Positions 10,701 through 23,664 of a DNA stretch of 64,000 bases are shown here, in pieces. Every line of letters begins with the position of its first letter. Position 1 is the stretch's first letter. The position numbers and the translations under genes are program-made. The stretch covers positions 5,570,448 through 5,634,447 of the forward strand of contig BDGG01000002.1 in NCBI GenBank assembly GCA_001949185.1, in the 5' to 3' direction. The DNA is from Ramazzottius varieornatus (taxonomy: Eukaryota > Animalia > Tardigrada). The notes beneath the pieces are model-generated. The model did no database searches and was not told where the DNA came from. It saw nothing but the letters and a program-made list of their open reading frames with translations.

Positions 10701-13700
10701 GCCGAAACCTACAACGACGAAAAATCCGTTGGATAAGCATTATATTAGTTTCGTAAAAGTCCGGAAAGGATATCACATACGAACCTGTTAGTCGGAGGGA
10801 AGATGAAGTAGGAGTAATCGAGTCGTTTGTGTAAGGCTTTCCATCTTCTCGGTATCCACCAAGCTTTGATTTCATTGTCTAAGCCTGGTGTCGAGCTTCG
10901 AAGCTTGGTCTTCTTTACTCCAACAGGGCCAGCTTCCGTCAGTGAGGTCTCTGGAGCAGCGCGGCCTTTGGCTCCCATAGAGTCATGGCGGCTGAGAGGG
11001 TACACGCTGCATGTGGATTCGAAACGAAGACTTTGCGGAAGAGCCAAGTTCGGGACAACAGGTCCACTTTGTGCCGGCAGCAGAGCATGTCTTTGAGAGC
11101 TGGCTGTTCGATGTCGCGGAACCCTGCTCATGGAAAGCGAACGCATCGGTTGTTTTAAGCATGACTTCCGGCTAGCGATCCCGTTGGTGACAGTGCCGTT
11201 GGTAAGAGAACTTTCGTTCGAGTTGGCCGAAGTCGAAAGAGCTCGTTGATGGTTCAGTCCTTGGCTAAAAAGAGAGAAGAACCTAACTTTGGAAGTACTT
11301 GTACGGTACGAGTAACAGATTCTTCACACTGCTTATTAGACGACTGAGAAAATACGGCAGTACACTAACCCGGACAGTCTGGTAGCGTTCTCCAGGTAGA
11401 CTCTAGATTCAAATGGGGTCGCCAACGAATGGCTTCGCACTTTGCGCTGAAACGGGTCGTTGCGTGAAGGCTTGGCTTTCGGTTTCCGTCGTCGCTGGCT
11501 GAACCGGAATGGATGAGCACGGAACTCCTGCAGATCACTTTCCCGCCTAAAATAATGCAAACTTCAGCCAGGCTTGGTCCTGTAATATTCAGAACATCTT
11601 TCCAAAGTCCAATGTCTATGATACCTGCTCATTTCGGCCTCCACGACCCGTTCTTCAGTGCCGTTAGATTGATTGTCGGTTTTCGACGTTGTTTGTTCCA
11701 CGCTTGGAGCCGATGTGGATCTATTCGATCGTGAGAACCTCGATGGTAGAGCCAGGAGCTTGTTGTGTGTAGAAAGGATCAGTTGATCCAGGTTCGACAT
11801 GCTAACAGGTGTAGCGGCTGTCCGCATTATGATGGGCAGTTCTAGCGGTCCGTTTCCGGTCACTGTTCTGGTTGTATGGTCCGGAGAACCCGAAGGCGCC
11901 AACGATGGGTCTCTAACCGGCTCCTGGGCCGGGTGCTCGGTAACTCTCTTGTCGTTCTCGATCCGCGAGTTATCACTGCCGGTCTTGCTGCCGTCGGTGC
12001 TGGAAACGTTGACTTCGTCATCGGAGAACCCTTCGACCAATATGGCGACCAGCAGGTTGAACAGCACGTAGTTTCCAAAAGTCATCAAGGCGATGAAATA
12101 TATGGCTGCCCAGTGGCTTGTGTAACGCATTGCCAGGTATAGAACGTAGTTCCAGTCTTCTTGAGTCAATATCTGTATAAGGAAGAGTGTTAGAATTATC
12201 GGCTGGGATGCTGTATAATGCGTGTGCAGTAATTGGATGCATGAGCTAAAAGCGGGCATGATGCGTTAACACTTATTTTGGTGAAAAATTATTCAAAATT
12301 GATTGGCTGCGTATGCACAACTCTCGTTTGTTTTAGGGGTCACAGTAATCGATTTTCGCTCGAAAGTTCGTGGCTTGCGGCAGGTTGAAAATATTTCACA
12401 GGTACGTTTTGTAGGGCCATATGCGCAGGCAATTATTTTGATCTGCTTGTCAAATGTCCAAAGGTGGCTAAAGCTATCGCTCCTTATCTTCAAGAGCTTG
12501 CGTCAAACCTGGAAGACTGTGAGTGTGGAAGTGAGCATTGTGTCGAAGTTTCGCCTATCACGGACCAGCGTGGCATTGGGAACCTTGAAGTCTGCGCATG
12601 TGCAGTCTTCGCCGGTCGGAAGAGAGCAAAACTTGTTTGCGAACAAGTGTCGCCCGAGAACACTAGAATTCGAACAAGATCGATAAAGTTCAAAATTCGG
12701 ATGCCGCAACGTGTAAAGAAGCCTGGGCGAAAACAGACAATGCAGAAAGGGGATGGGCGCATGAGCAAATACGATACATCGATGAGGTGCAGTGCCAATC
12801 AGGGCGGGGACGCCAAAGACCCGGAAAGGATATACTGTATGTACAGGTATATGGTTCACGCGTGCAGGGAAGCACACATGCAACATCCAAGAACATAATT
12901 ATCGAACACGGTCCAATTTAGGCCGTTCATGCCGGATATTTCCTAGAAAGTGGTACTCAAGCCCGCTTAAAGCTTCGCAGATTAGCATGCTATCGGGAAT
13001 ATTGACGCACACGTACATTCACACACTCGTCGCACCTGGAAGACCGTGACAAAGGCCCACAAGAAACTATCAAAGTTGGTCCGGGGACATTCACGCGATC
13101 CCTCACGTACCGTGCACAAGGCATGGCATCCAAAGAGAGTCAAGCTCAGAACACTGAGGGGACAGGCACAAACGGTGAGATCGGGGAAAAGTGCATTCAC
13201 CATACACCAAACATGCACACAACAAGTGCGAACTGAACTCACCCACCTGAAGATGAAAATGAACAGGATCAAGAGGGCAAAAACTGAAACGACAAACAAG
13301 TAAGTTAGAAACGCTATTGAAGTTACCCAGCATAAATAAAAATATCAATTTGAGACTCCATACATGTTGCAACGTTATCCATTGTTTTAATCATGATGAC
13401 CAGCTGGCGTCTCAACGCCGGCATAAACCGCACAAGCTTGAGTATCCTGAGCAGTCGAAAGGTACGCAGGACAGAAAGTCCACTTCCGCCGGCTTGGAAT
13501 ATTTCGATCAAGCTACGACAAGTGGATAAGGTGAAGCTTTGGCTAGGCGGAAATGCTAGAGGCTAAGCTTTGAAAACATACCTGAGGATCACAATGACGA
13601 AATCAAAGCAGTTGTAACCATTGCTGAGGTACCCAAAAACCCCATCGGCACCCATTTTGAACAGCATCTCTATGCAGAACTGCGAAACATCAACGGTTTG

Positions 13701-16700
13701 TTCAACAGAGTGTCTCAAGTCTTATATGAATCCACCCTTTCGAGGACCTACCAGAGCAGTAAAAAAGAAGTTGAAATATTCCAAGGCCGTTGTCAGCTCG
13801 TCCGGCTAGAAAGGAAAAATAGGAATGGTTACTCGCACTTCATCTTATGGCAAACCGAGAATATCTTAACAGTACCTGGAGATGGTGCTCTGCGCCCATG
13901 GTCAACGTATTTATCAAAATGGCAAGTAATATTCCGCGCTGAAAGACTTTTGTATTCACAAATTTCTGGACGCACTTCCGTGTGCGTGTGAAAGCTTTGG
14001 ACAAGAAATGCCGCTCCTTGGGCGGAGGGACCTCTTGTAACCAGAAACAACTCGTGTCTTCTATATCGCAGTTTTTGTTGAATAAGGCACGGCGACCGGT
14101 AGCACCGGTATTGCGTCCGGATGAGCAAGATCCCTTGTAGGAAGATGCTGAAAAGGGCGAAGCATAAGGCGGAGAAACATTACACATAGACATACGCTTG
14201 ATTGATTGAAATTTGGTACTCTCTCGACCTTATCCTTTATTGGTTTTGATTGCTCTACTGTCTTTACTTTTTTATGTGTACTTTTCTGAAGTTACGTGTG
14301 ACATTTGCGACTCACATTTTATGGAAGGATTAGGGTTGTTAGCTTCACCAGAACTCGACTCGGAGTGTTGATGAGATCGCCCAGCAGCGAGCTCATTAAA
14401 GTCTGGAGAGCCTTCGACGTCGACAACAGCATTCCAGGGTTTCTCACTGGCTTGTACCAGACAATCTTCAGCTGTAAGTACACTTGAAGAGTGTCCGGAA
14501 GACTTATCCAGACGTGTGGGTTCCCCTTCTACTCGCTGTGCATCTCGCATGCCTTTGGAGTAATCAAAGGACTCTAATGCCAAACTGCCTTCAGCTGACA
14601 CGTCTGTCTTATTAACTTCGTGCGCCGGGCGGTCGAAGCCTTTTTTACCATAATATCCTCGAGCTGTCCGTTTCAGTAATTGCTCTTTTATCCGATGCTC
14701 TTGAACCTCGGCGTACAACTTCTTGGCGCGACGCTTGCCACACCTCCATAGATGGCCGATGAACCGAACGAACTCGCTGTAGCAACTTGCTGGCTCGGGA
14801 ATCCCACTGCCTAGCGAACTGGTCGAATGATAGCGAGCTCGCTCCGCTATCATCCTGTCCGTTTCTCGCTTCTTTGTCTCCGAGAACTACGACAGATCGA
14901 TTGTAAGAACGAAAAACAACAGCACTCAAAGGATCAGTACCTGGGTTGCGATGACCACAAGGCATAAGTTGATCATGAAGAAGGATCCGATCTAGGGTGT
15001 CACAGAGACCGAGACTGAGTGTGACGGGCTCAACCAATACATTCAAAAGCTTTAGGACTTACCACAATCAAGATGACGAAATAAATGAAGACCCAGAAGC
15101 TGTGTGCATCCTGCGTCAGGTACATAATCTCACTCCATCCTTCTAGACTGATCACCTGCAAAAACGAACAGGGTATCTCTAAAAAAACACGCCGAATTCA
15201 GAGATGTCAAAATCAAACTTACGAGGAATATGGCGACCCAGGCTGAACCTATCAGAATGAAAAGCACAGGACAATGGCGGATTTGATCTGCATGTCGCTA
15301 ATTTCCTTATTAACTGACCAATATTGTCGAAGGAAATTGCGCCTAGGAATGGATTCTTTTCGGAAGCTCGGCAGACCCTGAAACACAAATGATTCGATAA
15401 ACATGGTTCGTGATGGAATTATCGTCTACAACAACTATTCAGAGCGTAACCCACGTATAATACTGGTGCCAATTGATGCAGGTCGACGCTGGGATGGTCG
15501 CAGTGTTATTCACCCAGATCAAGTCGCTCAGCGAACCATTGCAAGGTTTGCCGTTTTCCACGTAAGGCGGCAAGTTCGCGCACGTATGCAAACCGTCATC
15601 TTTGGGAAGACTGCAGACGTATTCCAGGTATGTGTGCTGGGGCTCGTAGTACTTAGGAATTCCCCTACATCCCAAAACATCCCATAATGTCGTTGGTTTA
15701 GAAAACAAACGTTTCCTCGGTGGGTATTACTTTTTGTGTTTTTGTCACTGATTCTGTGTTTTGTTTTCTTGATTGAAATACTCTTCAGTAATGGACGAGT
15801 AAGTAAAAAAAGATTCATACCGTGGGAAAGACACATTCGACGTGGTACTCAAAGTGCATCGATTGCGAAGGACGCCCGCCTGTATTGAGAAAACAACTTC
15901 AGATGAAATTCTTCAACCTTGGCATGAGTAAATGTTCCTTACCCAGAGTTGTACGCCCACAATCCCGAAAGCTGTGGTGGTGAAAAGAAAAAAATAAACC
16001 CATTGGAAAGAAATTGATTGGCCATTTGAAGCAACCAGGCGGAAAATGGTGCTTACAGAAGAAGACAAAAAAGGCAAGGAGGAAAGTGCTTCCCAACATG
16101 GGCAGAGTGTCCAAGAGGAGCATCACCAGAATGCGCATGCCTACAGTGACATACAAAAGGATGAAAAACCCGCCCCGTCACATGAGAAGAAAGTGCGGTA
16201 AGGGATAAAAAGCGTTGCTCACTTGGAACCCTATTGATTGCCCGCAATGGCCGGAGTACTCGGATGGTTCGTATTGCTGTGAGGTTTATATTGTCCATGT
16301 TCATGGCATATTCCAACAACCTGTGAAATCCTGGCTGTCAATAGGAGTAAACAAGGAAGAAGGAGGACAGTAAACGGCGTACCCTGACGTAACAATGAAA
16401 CAGTCCAGCCGGTTCCTACAACAAAAACGCCATATACTACTACTTCAATCTTCCAAGTTGCTTTGACGTAGGGTGAAAATGACGTACCACGAATCAGCAA
16501 GATAAGTCTTCTTTCCGTAAATACCCATCGCAATCATCTTTATCAACATCTCAACCTGGAAGTGTGAAAATAAAATCAAGCAGATCAAGAAAGAAACATT
16601 GCTCAGAGCACTATCCCCCTCACTGACAAGATAAGCTCCTTACCGTAAAAAAGGCGAATATCACATGGTCTATTATAGACAAGATGTGGCAACCCGAAGT

Positions 16701-19700
16701 ATCACAGACGCCATCACAAGGTTGATACCTACGAAAACAAAGATGTGATTTACGAAGTCCCCAAGAAGGAAAAAAGGAAGAAAAAGACTTACAGAGCGAG
16801 CGTGACGCAGTTGAGCAGAATCACCGCCATACTAATCCTCTCGAACCAGGTAGAAAACAAAAACAAACATCATATAAAATTGCACATGGTGAAGTCGTAC
16901 CAACCTACACACGTTATAATTTGAGTGCGGTTATTCGTACAGTTTTGTTCTCGTTGTGTTTTGTGCCAATTGGGAATTTCTAGAGTAAGTAAGTCACAGT
17001 GATTTTGGCTGTAGAGCGGCAGAAACCCCTTCTGATCTGGGGATTTTCTTGTGATTTGTTACGCCATAACAACGTTTCCTTGTTTGATCGAATGGTCAGA
17101 GGGGATGAGTTCAAGCGAGAAGGTTGCCGATCCTTTCAAGAGCACACGTCTTAAGAGGCTACATCATGTGTCATGCTGCTTCATCAATCATGGTCTTTTC
17201 ATTTTAGCAACGACCCTAGTAGCGAAAAAGTCGTTACACATAGTGCACAACAATAGGACTTTGATCACGGAAAACTGCAGAACACTGAAAGGCCTCGCCC
17301 GACAATGCTATTCTTCGTCGCGTTCACGTCACAAAGATTCCTCGTTAAACCTCGACTTCTGGTTCTAACCATCGTTTCCGCTCAAGTACCACATCCCGCT
17401 GCGACTTCATGCACGTGAATAAGCTATCAAGTTCCGGCGAGGCGAAATTTCTGAATCTCGAGCCTTGGCGCAAAACGCCTTTAAAAACTGGACTTTTTTC
17501 CTGGTTTTATCCGCGGACGAGCACTGTGTAACATAATTAGGATGATGCATTCTGGGTATGCCATGCCGCCCGACGGAAGGCCGGCTAGCTTTTGCTTTTG
17601 AGCTTGTGATGCGGCATGTCTGCGACAGCTTGACTCGATTAGGCTCGGATCAGCCTTGTCGGCAAATTGCATCAGCCTTCTCAGCATCATTCTTTCCTAC
17701 CACTACTAACAAGATTATGCAAAACGAGAAGGTCGTTCATTTTCGCCGCGCGAATCCTTCATTTGTCCATCAAACTTAATTTTATTTGGGAAGTTGGCAT
17801 CATGAGCTGGCTCCTTCCACCAAAACACCATCATGGTCTTTCTGTGTATCAATTTCATACAGTCCCTAACCGATCTCACAGCGTCGTCGGGACGCCCTCC
17901 AGCTATGCATAGGTCACAAGGTCTGGGCAGCTTGTCGACACGCGGAGCAAGCAAAGCAGACTTCTTCAGCAGGCCGGGACCTCAAAATACCGGGGTAAAA
18001 TCACACGGCCGTTCGGGTTCACTGAGTTCCTCATTCATATAGCCCTCCTCGTGAGCACTACTTTACTTCCTAGAACACTGTACGGAGGTTTGAAGGACTG
18101 TAGCCTGCATTCCCCGATACAATGGAATTGGGAAACAAGCTGGAATAAGTAGAGCCATAAACAGGAGTGCCTGCTTCGTGGCTGCATGGTCTACGGAGGA
18201 GCCGAGGTGTGATCAGGCAAATCAATACTCAAAGTCGCATTGCGCTATCAAGAACAGATTGTCAGTTAATAGCTCGACAAATCCACCCTGTGAACCCAAC
18301 GATTGACAACTTTTCATGCGTGTACACACAGTGGTCCACAGGAGCGTAATTTGTAATTTGGACGGCGACCTGACGTAAGCAACGCAAGTTCAGCTGGTGA
18401 CCAGGGACATTTCTCAAACAATTATCGTCCATTTACCTAATAAGCAGTACAAACATCCTTCACATATCCGGTCCACCGGGATGTTTGACTTATTCCCTAA
18501 GCAAGCGCAAGCTTTACTCTATTATCCCAAAAACCTCAATGGAAAATTCAAACAAAAAATCAGAAAACAAATTTCATGAAAATGAAAAGTGCGTCTAGCC
18601 GATATACTGTAGTACCTTTTCGCATCTGTGTACTATTTCGTGCCGGGAAAAAAAGAGCCACATGGTAAAAGAATGTACCTCCAAGCTCTCGATCTGAGTA
18701 CATCGAAGGACCGATGGGAGAAGCTGGTGCGTGCGAGGAATAACATGCAAAGACCGTTGCGCGCCCTGTTTCATGCGTTAGTCATAGTGTAAGTTTGGGA
18801 ATCGATAATTTGGATGCATTAGCCGCGCTAAAGCAGGCAAAAGTTGGGCAACGGGAAACGCGAAAGGGGAAACCTGCCTCGGTGTCTCGCCTGGTCGAAA
18901 AGCCACGAAAAGCCTGCCGGAGAACATTTGACACTAAACTCTTAATTTCAACAGCATTACATATTCATGAAGGCAAGGATTAAGGTGTAACGAGTGCTTC
19001 CAGCCCGCGTGGAACTGTTTCCACAACGCAGGACTGCAAGAACATTATCCGGGATTGCTCCCAACTAAACTAACTCATAAAACCAACATTCATACCAAAA
19101 CACCAACGTACTTTTCATCGCAAACAATCGAGCTTTGGACAACTTTTCCCTGCTTTCAGAACTTTGGTTTCGATAGAATGAAATTTGAAATACTTTTTTG
19201 CCCATTTTTTATCCAAGCTTAACAGGGAAAAGTGGGTTCGCCAGTCACATAACGGTGCGCGCAATCTGGACTATGTCAGAAACGCCCGCGTAAACTTTTT
19301 TCAATCAGAGGTATTTCCCGCTATTTCAGATCGATAAGATTCCGTACGAAGGTCGACGGGAATTGCTCCCAATGTTCACGGTGCATAATGCGAACTTAGC
19401 AATAGGCGGGTTTGTATGCTAGCGTTAATGACCAGTGACAATCACCTCCTGCGCTCCACTGGCGTATCGAAATGGCGCGACTCGTTATGGCCAGTGGAAG
19501 CTGGCTGAGAAAACATAACAAGCTACCGGCGACCGGAAATGAATCGTGTGAGGTCCAGCTCCTGTGAACTTCTCCCACAAAAGGCCCGCCAGCTCCTCGT
19601 CGCTACTTCAGTGCCCTCCACCTCAACCTTTGATTCAACTCACATCCTGAATAGTTTCCTTGGGCCACGATAACGACGCCATAACCTCTTCCACCTCGGG

Positions 19701-20213
19701 AATATTCTCACAGCCACTTTCTTCCTCTATAAGAGCTCCCTACAGGTACACATTGAAGGATCGAAAACGTGCATTCTATGACTTATCCCCAGAATTGTAT
19801 ACAATATTCACAAACTGAAGATTAGAAATAGAGAGAAACATCACTTATCTTGATAGTATCATCCGTAAACAGATCCTCCTTATCGGTGTCGTTTGGCGTA
19901 GACACAATAGGGAGACCGGAACGAATCCCGGAAAGGGCTCGGGGGCTGACATGAAGTCGTAAAAGGTCACAGGTTCCTGGAGGACTTCAGAGTTCTGTCT
20001 GGGACTTCTCGATGAGGCCAGCGATGTCTTGGCATAAAGAGGCTCTTGAGGCAGCTCATTTCCGCCTTGAGGGAAGCCGTCCTCTTCGGACCTCTCATCC
20101 ACCGAGGAATTGTTACCGGGGATAACTGATTGGAAATCACCATCAAAAGATGTTTCCTGATCTCCCTGAGCTTCCGGGAATCTTGTGATAACATCGATGC
20201 TGTTCTGCGACAT
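7735..20213 (-). CDS. Voltage-gated T-type calcium channel alpha1 subunit (Cav3; CACNA1G/H/I, cca-1, Ca-alpha1T orthologue), many exons
   Basis: Four S4 segments ([15 protein letters not shown]; [14 protein letters not shown]; [14 protein letters not shown]; [14 protein letters not shown]); pore residues SLEGW/TQEDW/SKDGW/TGDNW give the EEDD filter diagnostic of Cav3; gating-brake sequence [17 protein letters not shown]...[14 protein letters not shown]. Confidence 0.97.
12509..12662 (-). other. Cav3 mutually exclusive domain II turret exon, 12b-type (154 nt, 51 aa)
   Basis: ttctAG|T GTT CTC...TTC CAG|GTTTG encodes [51 protein letters not shown]; same phases as the 13036-13153 exon. Confidence 0.9.
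12872..12882 (-). promoter_or_regulatory. Candidate RBFOX (UGCAUG) plus GUGUG intronic splicing element between exons 12a and 12b
   Basis: Minus strand reads TGCATGTGTGC; a second GTGTGCATG lies at 13212-13220. Confidence 0.5.
13036..13153 (-). other. Cav3 mutually exclusive domain II turret exon, 12a-type (118 nt, 39 aa)
   Basis: cctcAG|T GTT CTG...TTC CAG|GTGCG encodes [39 protein letters not shown]. Confidence 0.9.
16850..19848 (-). other. AT-AC intron (2999 nt) in Cav3, just before domain I S1
   Basis: TCA AG|ATAAGT ... tttgtttttgttttctAC|C TGG TTC GAG gives [26 protein letters not shown], colinear with the Cav3 consensus. Confidence 0.85.
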
Positions 20214-21858
20214 TTCTCTGCGAAATAATATTCACCCTTGTCACAAATTCTATATAACTACTCAATATCCAGTAGTAAATTTCAGCAGCGCGATATTGGT
20301 ATTTCCACGAAATTCATATCAAAAAGGATACTTTAGGAGTTGGGTCTTGGACGTAATACGATCGTCGAGGCGTAAATTGATCCGGCTAAGAATCCCTTCT
20401 TTGTCAAAGCATCAATGATGGTATTCAATAATCCATGGCTGGGTTGCATTTGACATTTGCCGATGTGTCGAGCGAGTTCCTTGTCGGGATTTTTCAAGTA
20501 CGGTGGCGCAAACCTGCATAATACACCCAGTTGGTAAAGCAGAAAACACGGGAAGACTTATTCATCGTCGTATTTCAATTAACCAAGATAAGGGAAGAAG
20601 AGACAGACACGGACGATCAAACACCACGCACGGAAAGGTAGTGCTTTCCATCGCGTCGAGGAAAACTTGAACGTCACCCACCTGATGATGGTGAAGGCGC
20701 CAGCGGAAGAGAGAGAAAGACGAAAGAACCCCTTGTGGAGGAAGGAAGTGAAAAAGAGGCGCAACTCAAACGGCGCACAACACGACACAATTGTATGATT
20801 ATCGAATACGTAGCCGGGTACCGCCATTTCCTTGCATCGCATGAGCTTGTATCACCCTTCAACCACACTGCCTCCGAGCATTCCTCCTGCGTGAAAGAGT
20901 GCATGAAGTACGAAAGCACAGTAGAAAGGATGACATAAGCACAGACTTACCCGCTCTTTCAGCCTTGTGAATGCACCAGCCTCCCGACTTTTCCTGTCGC
21001 AATCCTGCACAGCCTTGTAGTGAAAACATCACTCGTTTGCCGGGATCGAAGAGCAACACGGGAAGAGCGATGGATATAGGAAGCGGTATGGGAACGTGGA
21101 ACACGGCATGACAGTCAGATGGGTCCGTTCCCTCCAGATCGTCGACGTCAATTGATCGAAGGCACTTTATTATGAAATACATCGGCAGGTGGAACCAACT
21201 TTCCCAAGTCCTTTGATTCAGGTGGTGGATAAAGTGTAGCCAAGACGAAGACGTCAAACTATCAGACTAATCAGAGTCCAGATTCCAGAAACAAAGGTTT
21301 TGGAGCCAAACAGATAAATCATAAAAGCGCAGAACTCCCAAACTGCCGCATATGGTCGCCGAAAGTGACGTCAGACAACGATGAAGCTTATCATGTCGAG
21401 GCACGATATGACATGACATATACATACACATACATACAGACTTGACATACACTCACGAAATGACATGACATGACATACGATGGTACCAAGCAAGTTAAAC
21501 GATAATTATGATTTATGAACATCAGGATCAGATTCCTTCACCCGCCTGAGAAGCTTTTCTCGATCCTTCTTCCATCGTTCCCTGTAGCACACCTGTCAGT
21601 CTGTCTTGATCGTTCACTTGAGTACTGCTGTAGTAAGGAATCAGACTATTCTTGCAAGGAGTTGTTCTCAGCTTGGTAAGTGGAATAATCCCGTTGTCAA
21701 GTTATGACAAAGGTACAAGTCCTCATGAACACCCTACCTGGATGATGAGCATAGATCAAATCTAAGCTTGTCTCGCAGATGCATCAACCTTGTGCCTTGG
21801 TTCTGCAGTCACAGAATTGCAAAGGATTGCCCAGGATTGGCTGACTGCACCAGAAGTC

Positions 21859-23664
21859 ATGTTTGTCCCAAGAGCGTGTGCGAAGGCTGCTCCCAGATGG
21901 AGCACTTCTCTACAAGCGAAGTTCCTCTCGACGTCCAGCGTACGAAATGAAGTTTCATGTACGGGTGGTGCAGTTTCGTCGATCGGTGATAAGACTGTAA
22001 GTAGTGTGCGATTTCATAATGGCTGCTCATACGTAACAAACACAGTTGATTTCGAAGTGAACTAAGTTAGTCGCATATGTAGCTTTTAACCGATACCCTG
22101 CAACTAACCCTTCTGCCATCTTCCGTAGCCCGACCAACCTCCCCGTCCCGCTTCCTACACGCATGGCTTTAACAGAAGCATGATGGTAGAACAGTTTTCG
22201 GTTATGCAGACACAGGACACGTTCGTGCCTCCTCCTGCCAAATGGGGTGGCCGACATACGGTGACTCTTCTGCCTGGAGATGGGATCGGCTCAGAGATGG
22301 CTAACCACGTCAAGGAACTCTTCCGGTACGCCGGAGCACCTGTGGACTTTGAGGAGATTGATTTGGACTCAACTGCGCCAGATGTCGAAGGTTTCGAATA
22401 TGCCCTGATGTCCATCAAACGAAACGGAGTTGCTTTGAAAGGTACGCGGCGAGTTCACTTTTGCATTCTTTGCGTACACTGAAGTATCTCGTGCGGTATC
22501 GTAGTATTGAACTCTTTTTTTGTTTTTAGGTAATATCGAAACGCGAACAAGCTTTCAAGGCTTTCAGTCCAGAAACGTCGTACTTCGAAACCGTCTCGGA
22601 CTATTTGCCAACGTGGTCTGCGTGAAGAACCTTCCGGGAATTCGAGCCAAGCAAAAGGATGTGGATGTTGTGATTATAAGAGAGAATTTAGAAGCTGAGT
22701 ATAGTGGCATCGAGCACGAGGTAAATTTATCTGTAACCCTTTAAGGGAATCCCTCGAAACGGGCTGAACTTCTCATCCGTGGTACCTCGCCGGCACTGAA
22801 TGTTGATAATGTTATTGCTTTTACATTTACAGAGTGTTCCCGGCGTGGTAGAGAGCCTGAAGATAATAACCAGGGAAAAGTCGATGAGGATTGCAAAGTT
22901 TGCCTTTGAGTGGGCAACGAAATATAACCGCAAGAAAGTCACCGCGATTCATAAAGCCAACATCATGTGAGAACTAAAGAGGATGACAAACATACTTTCA
23001 GTTTCTACGTTATAAGCTTACTGAATGTGGTTTTCTCTGCAGGAAGATGAGCGACGGGCTGTTTCTCGAATGCTGCCGTATAACGTCGAAAGAGTATCCA
23101 GACATTCAGTTCGACCAGATGATTATCGACAACTGCAGTATGCAGATGGTCAACAAGCCTAGCCAGTTCGACCTTATGGTCATGCCTAATTTGTACGGCG
23201 ATGTGTTGAGTAACATTGCCTGCGGAGTGATTGGAGGTCCCGGTTTAGTGTCTGGTACCAATCTGGGCTACCGCTATGCTGTATTCGAAACGGTAGGCGT
23301 TAGACGAGCTTCGCACTCAGGTTGTTCCGTATTCCGACTAATATATCCCATGATCCTCTCAGGGTGCACGAAATACCGGAAAGTCCATCGTTGGCCAAAA
23401 CATCGCCAACCCTTGCGCATTCATCCGAGCAAGTGTGGATCTTCTGAATTATTTGAAGCTCGAGCATCAAGCTCATGTCATCGAGGACGCAGTTATGAAA
23501 ACTTTGATCGAGGACAAAGTATGGACACCAGACTTGGGTGGACAGGCCACCACGACAGACGTGATGTAGGTCCTCTTTGTTATGCCTAAAATTCACACCA
23601 CTTGCCAAGAACTACTTTCTCTTGTAGGCAAAATATTGTCAAATACGTCAAGGCGAATGCATGA
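21859..23664 (+). CDS. IDH3G: NAD-dependent isocitrate dehydrogenase subunit gamma, mitochondrial
   Basis: Presequence-like [18 protein letters not shown]; [67 protein letters not shown]. Confidence 0.9.

Noticed and set aside
12663-13035. Possible third domain II turret exon between 12a and 12b
   Set aside because: No S5/P-loop-like translation ending in VFQ and no matching splice sites
21405-21480. (ATGAC)n/(ATAC)n short repeats, with similar patches at ~28345 and ~46440
   Set aside because: Ordinary degenerate microsatellites
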